From assembly GCA_041690395.1 (NCBI GenBank), contig JAWLHJ010000005.1:352001-416000 (forward strand): 64,000 nucleotides of DNA, read 5' to 3'. The notes below the pieces were generated by a model. It saw only the letters and a program-made list of their open reading frames with translations. It did no database searches and was not told the origin of the DNA. Each line of letters begins with the position of its first letter. Positions within the stretch are counted from its first letter, which is position 1. Positions 57,543 through 64,000 of the stretch are shown one piece after another. This DNA comes from Longimicrobiales bacterium (lineage in GTDB: Bacteria; Gemmatimonadota; Gemmatimonadetes; Longimicrobiales; Gaopeijiaceae). A program made the translations under genes and the position numbers.

Positions 57543-57968
57543 ATGCGACGGGTCCTGAAGTGGTCCGGTGTGGTTCTGGTGGTGTCCTTCGCGCTCATCC
57601 AGTTCTTTCCGGTGGACCGGTCCAACCCTCCCGTGGAGAGCGAGGTCCCCGCCTCACCAGAGGTCCGGGAAGTCCTTCGGCGAGCCTGTTACGACTGCCA
57701 TTCGAACGAGACCGTCTGGCCCTGGTACTCCCGGGTCGCCCCGGTATCGTGGCTGGTTGCCCGCGACGTACACGAAGGCCGGGAGCACCTCAACTTCTCG
57801 ACCTGGAATCGGCTCTCGACCCAGGACCAGGTCGAAGCCATGCACGAGAGTTGGGAAGAGGTGGCCGAGGGCGAGATGCCCCTGTGGTTCTACCTGCCGC
57901 CTCATCCCGAGGCTCGCCTGAGCGACCAGGATCGGGCATTGCTCAGGCGCTGGGCAGAAGCGTCATAG
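57543..57968 (+). CDS. Haem-binding domain protein (c-type CXXCH)
   Basis: IQFFP..RSNPP, ACYDCHSNETVWPWYS, GREHLNFS, EMP..Y..H. Confidence 0.88.
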   Translation: MRRVLKWSGVVLVVSFALIQFFPVDRSNPPVESEVPASPEVREVLRRACYDCHSNETVWPWYSRVAPVSWLVARDVHEGREHLNFSTWNRLSTQDQVEAMHESWEEVAEGEMPLWFYLPPHPEARLSDQDRALLRRWAEAS

Positions 57969-57981
57969 AGGGGGGTTCATC

Positions 57982-58254
57982 ATGTCAGCCATGAAGCAGT
58001 TCACGGCCGCACAGGCACTCGAGATCGGCAACGCGCTCGGAATCGACTGGAGCAAGTTCGATGTCGAGCAGTTCCGCATGGGCCTCAACGTGGAGCTCGA
58101 GCACGGCCGTCAGGATCCAGCGACCGACGTGACCGGGGACGACCCCATGACCACGGGGAAGATCGCGTTGGCCCACCTGAACGAGTTCCCCGACTACTAC
58201 ACCAGGTTGGCTCGCATGGAGAGGGAGGCGGCCGGGGAGCAGGACCGTCCGTAG
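57982..58254 (+). CDS. DUF5661-like small protein
   Basis: QFRMGLNVELEHG, TGKIALAHLNEFPDYYTRL. Confidence 0.8.
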   Translation: MSAMKQFTAAQALEIGNALGIDWSKFDVEQFRMGLNVELEHGRQDPATDVTGDDPMTTGKIALAHLNEFPDYYTRLARMEREAAGEQDRP

Positions 58255-58282
58255 GTCGACCAATCCTTTTCACGAGGGCGGT

Positions 58283-58942
58283 ATGGACGCGAATGAGTCC
58301 GTTGTGACCTGGAGCGTGGGCTTCTGGGCGGCCGTCTTTTCTGCTCTCTTCAGCCTGCTCTACATCCTCTTTCAGCTGGCGGAATGGGTGGGACTACTCG
58401 GGTCGGCGGGCGGACCCGAGAGCGCGAGCACGCCGTTGGGCATCGCGCTCCTGCTCACACCCTCCGTGCTCCTGGCCCCGGCGTTCGTCGTCATGATGAT
58501 CGGTGTGCGCTACCTCGTGCCCGAACATCGCCAGATCTGGGCCCAGGCGGGTGTCGCGTTCGCGACGGTGTACGCGACCCTCATCGGCATCGTGTACTAC
58601 GTGCAGCTCACCCTGGTCATGCCGCGTATGCTGCAGGGCAGGACCGAGGATATCGAGGTCCTGCTGTTCCGGCCGTTCGACTCGTTCCTGTATTCCGTGG
58701 ATCTCCTCGGATACAGCTCCATGAGCCTAGCCACCCTGTTCGCGGCATTCGGCCTGGTTGGCGTCGGCTCGACCCGCACCGCTCGCCTGTTCCTGTTGGC
58801 GAACGGACTGCTCCTGCCCTTCCTACTCTTCCAGATCTACGTTCCTTCGCTCATCTGGATCGCAGCCCTCTGGGCCGTGACGTTCCCCGGGGCGGCGATC
58901 GCTCTGGCCATCGTGTTCCGGCGTAGGATGCGGCTCGCGTAG
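58283..58942 (+). CDS. Six-TM membrane protein
   Basis: Multiple TM helices; IVYYVQLT and DLLGY motifs. Confidence 0.75.
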   Translation: MDANESVVTWSVGFWAAVFSALFSLLYILFQLAEWVGLLGSAGGPESASTPLGIALLLTPSVLLAPAFVVMMIGVRYLVPEHRQIWAQAGVAFATVYATLIGIVYYVQLTLVMPRMLQGRTEDIEVLLFRPFDSFLYSVDLLGYSSMSLATLFAAFGLVGVGSTRTARLFLLANGLLLPFLLFQIYVPSLIWIAALWAVTFPGAAIALAIVFRRRMRLA

Positions 58943-59119
58943 CGTCAGGACCAGGTCCGCAACACCAGGGACGCACCGGCTCTCTGCACGAGCCCGCGCA
59001 GCGCCGCGCCCGCCCACCGGCTCCGACTCCGCCACCAACCGGAGGTCGGCGACCGGGAAGCTGGAAAGGCCCTCGGTCGAGGAGGTTCGGGCGCGGCAGT
59101 GCTACGCACGTTCAACGTC

Positions 59120-59608
59120 TCAGCGCGTGGGCGGGGCGAGATTGCCGCACGCGACGACCGTCCGGTCGTTCGCTGCCGAGGCGTGGACCACCGCCGAGTA
59201 GCGACCGGTCGTGGGGATCCGGGCATCGATCGTAGCCGTCGAGTTGGCGCGTCCGTCGGAGTCCACTTCGAGGGGCTCGTAGTCGTCTCGCGATCCGAAG
59301 GTCGTCGAGCTCGATGTCGAGCCACACTCCCCGCTGCGGACCTCCCAGGGATGAACGCCGCCCGGTGATGCGTTCGCGAGGTTGATCGTGATGACCGTGC
59401 GCGTGCTGTCGGCACTCGGAGCCATCGACACCGTGCCGGTCATCTGGACGACCCCGGCCATCGCCGCCGGTGAGGCGAGCGTGGCGTTCCACTGGGAACC
59501 CGCCGCCGCACCCGCGGTCCCCAGCTCCACGGCGCTACCTCCTCCGAAGGCACCGCAGGCGGCGGATGCGAGAACGAGAAACGGGACCGTGATACGGATG
59601 ACCGACAT
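59120..59608 (-). CDS. Lipoprotein with Cu/Zn-SOD-like fold
   Basis: Lipobox ASAAC; HPWEVRSGEC, LEVDSDGRA, VVHAS..VVACGNL; GGAGG RBS. Confidence 0.6.
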   Translation of the reverse strand: MSVIRITVPFLVLASAACGAFGGGSAVELGTAGAAAGSQWNATLASPAAMAGVVQMTGTVSMAPSADSTRTVITINLANASPGGVHPWEVRSGECGSTSSSTTFGSRDDYEPLEVDSDGRANSTATIDARIPTTGRYSAVVHASAANDRTVVACGNLAPPTR

Positions 59609-59743
59609 ACGACCTCCACGATGTGAGCAGCGGCACTCTGCCTCTAAGCAGCGCAACGTCCGTGCCTGGGCGGAAACGGCGTAGTGACGGGGTTTTCGGG
59701 GCTACCTTAGGCATCCCTTCTGTCGCTCCGAGGCGACATGACG

Positions 59744-59947
59744 CTACCGGTCGACGACGAACGTCACCTTCATGGCCACGCGGAACGTCTTCACCTTCCC
59801 GTTCTCGACGAGCCCGGTCATCTCCTTGACCCAGATGCTCCTGACGTTCTTGACGGTCTTGGATGCGTCAGTGACGCCTTTGTTGACGGCGTCGTCGAAG
59901 GACGTGTCGGATTCGGCGATAACTTCGATCACTTTGGCGATGGACAT
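59744..59947 (-). CDS. Dodecin family protein
   Basis: AKVIEVIAES..SFDDA, ASKTVKNVRSIWVKE, FRV.MKVTF. Confidence 0.9.
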   Translation of the reverse strand: MSIAKVIEVIAESDTSFDDAVNKGVTDASKTVKNVRSIWVKEMTGLVENGKVKTFRVAMKVTFVVDR

Positions 59948-60050
59948 GCAGAGTGCTCCTGTCTTTTGAGATTGGGCCCGTGTGATGGGCCGGGATCGCC
60001 CCGGGGCGGCGCTTCGGCTCGTCCCGGGGCGGGTCGCTCATTCCCCCGGA

Positions 60051-60551
60051 CTACTCGACGGATACCGACCCGTCGGCGGCCTCGAGGACATCCTCGGCCG
60101 TCTCTTTCCGTGCGTCGCTCGAGCAATGGACGGCGACGAGGATTCGTCCGTCTTCGAGCTCGCTCGCGAAGAGCTTCGCCTCGTGCTCGGTCATCCCGGC
60201 GCCCGTCAGGCCGCCGATGATTCCGCCGACACCTGCGCCCGCTCCACCACCTGCGAGAATGGCGACCAGGGGCCCGGCGATGAGCAGCCCGCCCCCCGTG
60301 GCGATCGTACCGACCGCGGTGAGACCCGCGAGTAGAGCCCCGATCACGCCGCCGGCCGTCGCGCCGGCAGCGATCCCTTCGGGCATCTTGGACGAGTCCT
60401 TGATCTGGAAGTCCTTGCCCACCGAGTCGGACATCAGCAGGCTGATTTCGTTATCCCGGAACCCCTTTTCTTCCAGCATCTGAATGGCCCGGGTGGCGTC
60501 GACCCGAGTCTTGAATACTCCTGTCACCAGCGTTTCGTCTTTCGTGGTCAT
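60051..60551 (-). CDS. General stress protein-like glycine-zipper membrane protein
   Basis: VTGVF..A..L...GF...EISLL, Gly/Ala zipper, AGPL, GMTEHEA, GRILVAVH; AGGAG RBS. Confidence 0.75.
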   Translation of the reverse strand: MTTKDETLVTGVFKTRVDATRAIQMLEEKGFRDNEISLLMSDSVGKDFQIKDSSKMPEGIAAGATAGGVIGALLAGLTAVGTIATGGGLLIAGPLVAILAGGGAGAGVGGIIGGLTGAGMTEHEAKLFASELEDGRILVAVHCSSDARKETAEDVLEAADGSVSVE

Positions 60552-60765
60552 GTCTATTCTCCTGCCGAGTGTGTAATCCTGCCTGGTAGGAGAAAAAGGC
60601 AACTTCCATACCTCCCTCGAGGAGCGGGGCGGAGGCGCCGGAAACGACCGTATGAAGCCGTTTTCCCGTCGGCCGACAGGAGTAGGACCGCCTAGGAGTC
60701 GCGTCACGTGTCGCGGCCGTCGACCTCTCCTTATCTTGATCTCGTACCGTACAGGGAGGTCGGGA

Positions 60766-61392
60766 ATGGCAGAGAACGTCGGGGCGACTGTCGAGGTCCT
60801 GGGCGCCGCTGACACGGCCGATGTGGTCTCGGTCCTGTGTGAGACGTTCGCCGACGATCCGGTGATGGGCTTCGTGCTGGGCTCTCCCACGGGATTCGCG
60901 GCGCGTCTCGAGAAGCTCGTAACCTTCTTCGTGATGGCGCGTGTGCTGCGGGACGAGTTGGTCCTCGGAGTCCGGTCGTCTGAGGGACTCGAGGCCGCAG
61001 CCCTGGTGTCGTATCCCGGCGCCCGGCGTAGCCCACCGGAGCTCGGAGATCGTCGTGAAGAGCTCTGGGCCGAGCTCGGAGACCGGGCACGTGCCCGCTA
61101 CGAAGGCTTCGGTCGGGCAGCCGATCCGCTGACGGTGGCCCATCCACATCTCCACCTCAACATGATCGGGGTGAGGGCGGCGGCTCGGGGCACGGGATTG
61201 GGTCGCGCGGTCCTCGAGGCCGTGCATGATCTCTCCAAGCACGACTCGGGCTCGACAGGTGTCAGCCTGGTGACGAGCCGCGCCTCGAACGTCTCGCTCT
61301 ACCGGCACTTCGGCTACGACCTCCTGGGTCGGGCCGACCTCGAGGAAGGCTTCTCGGTGTGGGGCTTCTTTCGCCCGGACGGTGAGCGATGA
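60766..61392 (+). CDS. GNAT family acetyltransferase
   Basis: FADDPVM, HLHLNMIGV..RGTGLGR, NVSLYRHFGY; GGGAGG RBS. Confidence 0.85.
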   Translation: MAENVGATVEVLGAADTADVVSVLCETFADDPVMGFVLGSPTGFAARLEKLVTFFVMARVLRDELVLGVRSSEGLEAAALVSYPGARRSPPELGDRREELWAELGDRARARYEGFGRAADPLTVAHPHLHLNMIGVRAAARGTGLGRAVLEAVHDLSKHDSGSTGVSLVTSRASNVSLYRHFGYDLLGRADLEEGFSVWGFFRPDGER

Positions 61393-62495
61393 AACGCGGG
61401 CTCGTCGTCCACGCGCTGCTCCTCGGGCTCCTCGTCACGGGCTGCGGCGATGGGCCGGCCCCGCTCGAGCCGGACCCCGATCCGCGCCCGGACGTCGACG
61501 CACTCTTCGCGCCGGCCACTTCGGAGGAGATCGCGGCGGTCCGGGCGGATTGGGACTCCCGTGACGTGGCGCCCGTCGAGGCCAGCGTCGAAGCGACGGA
61601 GCTGGGCCTCCTCGGGGGGACCCTGGCGACGGTGCGGGTGGTCTCGCACGCCATCGAGGGTGGGCGTCACTACGGAGCCGTGATCACGCCCGACGGTGCG
61701 GCGCCGGGGAGCCTCCCGGTGCTGGTGGTCGCGCACGGGGGAGATCAGGGCGTGCGGATCTCGGACCTTGCGGCGCTCACGTTCTCCCTCGGAAGCGTCG
61801 CGGCCGACTTCGTCTGGGTGGTCCCGTCGTTTCGCGCCGAGCCGCTCGAGACGGGCGGCGGGGTCTGGCGGTCGGACGGTCAGGCGAGCCCGTGGGACCG
61901 GGACGTGGACGATGCCCTGGCCCTCCTGGGTGCCGCGGTGGAGCTCACGCCCGCGGCCGACGAAGATCGCGTCGGCGTGCTGGGCCTCTCACGGGGCGCG
62001 GGCGTCGCGCTCCTCATGGGGATCCGCGACCCGCGTATCGACCGGATCGTGGCGTTCTCCGGGCCCACCGACTTCTTCGGGCCGTTCATCAGGGATGTCG
62101 TCGAGGATGCGCTCGACGGAAGCGCGACCGACCTGCCGGGGCTGTCCACGCTGACCACCCGCTTCGTACGACCGTTCGCCGACGGCTCCATGTCCGTCGC
62201 CGACCTGCGCGCGGAGCTGGTTCGTCGTTCGGCCGTCCTGTTCGCCGCCGATCTGCCACCCCTCCAGATCCATCATGGATCGCTCGACGACGTCGTCCCG
62301 GTCGGGGAGGCGCATGCGCTTATCGAGGCTCTGGAGTCGTTGGGTCGGGGCGCGCCGGACGACGGGTTCTTCATCTACGCGGGCGGCGGGCACGACCCGC
62401 TCACCATGGCGGGCAGCGTGCCCCTGGCCGTCGCCTTCCTGCAGGAGCTGACCAGCTCGGCGGTGGCCACCCACGCGGCGGGGAGCCACCGATGA
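61389..62495 (+). CDS. S9/alpha-beta hydrolase lipoprotein
   Basis: Lipobox LVTGC; HGG, GLSRG nucleophile, HHGSLDDVVP, GGGH. Confidence 0.85.
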   Translation: MKRGLVVHALLLGLLVTGCGDGPAPLEPDPDPRPDVDALFAPATSEEIAAVRADWDSRDVAPVEASVEATELGLLGGTLATVRVVSHAIEGGRHYGAVITPDGAAPGSLPVLVVAHGGDQGVRISDLAALTFSLGSVAADFVWVVPSFRAEPLETGGGVWRSDGQASPWDRDVDDALALLGAAVELTPAADEDRVGVLGLSRGAGVALLMGIRDPRIDRIVAFSGPTDFFGPFIRDVVEDALDGSATDLPGLSTLTTRFVRPFADGSMSVADLRAELVRRSAVLFAADLPPLQIHHGSLDDVVPVGEAHALIEALESLGRGAPDDGFFIYAGGGHDPLTMAGSVPLAVAFLQELTSSAVATHAAGSHR

Positions 62496-62646
62496 GCACC
62501 GAGACCAGGGTGTCCGCGTGAACGCGCTCGGAGCGTCCTCCGCCGGCTGAGCGGGTCGGCTGGCGCCCAGCACCCTCCGGCCCGCATACTGACTGCCATG
62601 CCGGGCCCGCGGGCCCACGGCGACCCCCCAGACGCAGGATCCGACC

Positions 62647-63069
62647 ATGAGCTCCATCAAGGACACCGCCGCCGCATTCTTCGACGCCTGCGAGACCGGG
62701 AAAGGCTGGGCGGCCTGCGCCCAGCACTGCCATCCGGACGCTTCGTTCTCCGTGCAGGCCGACACCTTCGCGGCCCTCGACACCATCGAGGCCTATACCG
62801 ATGCCATGGCCGGATTCATCGCCGGACCCGTGCCCGACGCCGAGTACGAGTTGAAGTCGTTCGCCGTGGACGAGGATCGCAGCACGGTATGCGGCTTCGC
62901 CGTCTTCAAAGGGACGCACACCGGCGAGGGCGGGCCTGTGCCGCCGACGGGGAAGCGGACCGAGAGCGACTACGTCTACGTCATGGAGTTCGACGGCGAC
63001 CGCATTCGCCACATGACGAAGATCTGGAACGATGTGTGGGCGATGCGTGAGATCGGATGGAGCGCGTGA
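62647..63069 (+). CDS. SnoaL-like (NTF2) ester cyclase family protein
   Basis: FFDACETGKGW, GTHTGEGGPVPPTGK, HMTKIWND. Confidence 0.85.
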   Translation: MSSIKDTAAAFFDACETGKGWAACAQHCHPDASFSVQADTFAALDTIEAYTDAMAGFIAGPVPDAEYELKSFAVDEDRSTVCGFAVFKGTHTGEGGPVPPTGKRTESDYVYVMEFDGDRIRHMTKIWNDVWAMREIGWSA

Positions 63070-63602
63070 TGGATCCGAGAATCGATATCGTACGTGAGCT
63101 CCTCGACCGACACCGTCGCCGCCTGGCCGAGGTGTTCGAGAGCATACCCGCGGATGCCAGGGGCACCAGGCCCGACTCCGGCGGCTGGTCCCCGGCGAAT
63201 CTGGTCGAGCATCTGGCCACCTCGGAGCAGAGAATCACCGCCCTGATTTCGGGGATGGTCGATGGGGCCGAGCCCCGCGACGACGACGAGGACTTCGACC
63301 GGGCGGCGTTCGAGCGCTCCATCAGCATGCCGTTCATCCTCGACCGGTCACGGAGAGTCGAGGGCACGCAGCCGAGTGGGGAGCTGGGCGCGTCGGAGGC
63401 CTGGGAGGCGTTGGAGGCCAGTCGCCGGGACCTGTTGGAGGTCCTCGACCGGGGCCAGGGGATGCGGCTCGAAGACCACACGCACGACTCTCCCGTGACC
63501 GGGGAGCCGATGAACGCCTACCAGTGGCTCGCGTTCGCGAGTCTTCACGAGGGACGCCACGCCCTGCAGCTCGAGGAGATCGCGGCGGCGGTGGCGGAGT
63601 AG
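63069..63602 (+). CDS. DinB family protein
   Basis: GWSPANLVEHL, HEGRHALQL; TGATG coupling to the upstream gene. Confidence 0.82.
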   Translation: MDPRIDIVRELLDRHRRRLAEVFESIPADARGTRPDSGGWSPANLVEHLATSEQRITALISGMVDGAEPRDDDEDFDRAAFERSISMPFILDRSRRVEGTQPSGELGASEAWEALEASRRDLLEVLDRGQGMRLEDHTHDSPVTGEPMNAYQWLAFASLHEGRHALQLEEIAAAVAE

Positions 63603-63640
63603 GCGAGGCCAGGCTTGCGTGAGACGGGTCTGCGGCCCAG

Positions 63641-63662
63641 TATGTAATCATATGGTTAAATA
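63641..63662. promoter_or_regulatory. Candidate ArsR autoregulatory operator
   Basis: AT-rich imperfect palindrome TATGTAATCATATGGTTAAATA (18/22 symmetric) overlapping the start codon. Confidence 0.65.
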
Positions 63663-63972
63663 CGAACGGAGCGACGTCTTCGACGCGCTCGCCGACCCGA
63701 CCCGAAGGGCGATCCTCGACCTGCTGGCGGTGCAGGAGCGCACCGCGGGCGACGTGGCCGAGCGGTTCGACGTGAGCCGGCCGGCGATCTCCAGGCATCT
63801 GAGGGTGCTGCTCGACGCCGGGCTGGTGGAGCGGCGCACCGAGGCCCAGTGGCGCATCTACAGCCTGAATCCCGAGGCGCTGAAGGAGGTCGACCGGTGG
63901 ATGGCGAAGTACCGGACGTTCTGGGCGGCACGGATGCACGATCTCAAACGTTTCGTCGAGGAGACGCCATGA
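63652..63972 (+). CDS. ArsR/SmtB family transcriptional regulator
   Basis: VFDALADPTRRAILDLL, SRPAISRHLRVL..AGLV, RIYSL. Confidence 0.93.
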   Translation: MVKYERSDVFDALADPTRRAILDLLAVQERTAGDVAERFDVSRPAISRHLRVLLDAGLVERRTEAQWRIYSLNPEALKEVDRWMAKYRTFWAARMHDLKRFVEETP

Positions 63973-64000
63973 GCGAGCGCTGGACGCACGAATACGCCTA
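63969..64000 (+). CDS. Start of the next gene, truncated by the window edge (often SRPBCC after such ArsR genes)
   Basis: ATGA overlap and GAGGAG RBS; only 10 codons visible. Confidence 0.45.
   Translation, partial: MSERWTHEYA

Noticed and set aside
48265..61000. Run of small unrelated genes as a second cassette array
   Set aside because: Mixed orientations, and I found no attC-like repeats in the intergenic gaps.

Overview
High-GC bacterial chromosome segment (spot counts about 70-75% GC). Its gene content (PadR-linked duplicated ADOP-type ABC permeases, a choice-of-anchor B protein, many Tat/lipoprotein peptidases) suggests Gemmatimonadota or Acidobacteriota; this is inference. Bases 1-23 kb are ordinary: rplS-rnhB-panD, peptidases, a serpin, an aldo/keto reductase. 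A tRNA-Lys(TTT) at 23114-23186 is followed by a lower-GC (about 60% by spot counts) defence region running to about 36.9 kb. It contains mcrBC, a C5-cytosine methylase with vsr, relics of a GHKL ATPase and of a frameshifted excisionase, and a 50-bp copy of the tRNA 3' end with a terminator at 31881-31972. The main finding is a family of about 155-bp imperfect inverted repeats with integron attC architecture. They separate single-gene cassettes encoding a 5'-nucleotidase, a DUF3644/HEPN protein, an EVE-like PD-(D/E)XK nuclease and a KAP NTPase. Two cassettes have mutually complementary ends (8/9 and 16/17 bp), the footprint expected of cassette circularisation, yet no integrase lies in the window. 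A HEPN protein with a histone-H1-like tail and an inverted ADOP scar close the region. The remainder holds an amidase, a second ADOP permease, lpxD, an archaeal-type SAM synthetase and many small accessory genes. A separate paired-palindrome intergenic repeat occurs twice, at about 1.5 kb and 7.6 kb. All family assignments come from motif recognition, not database searches.
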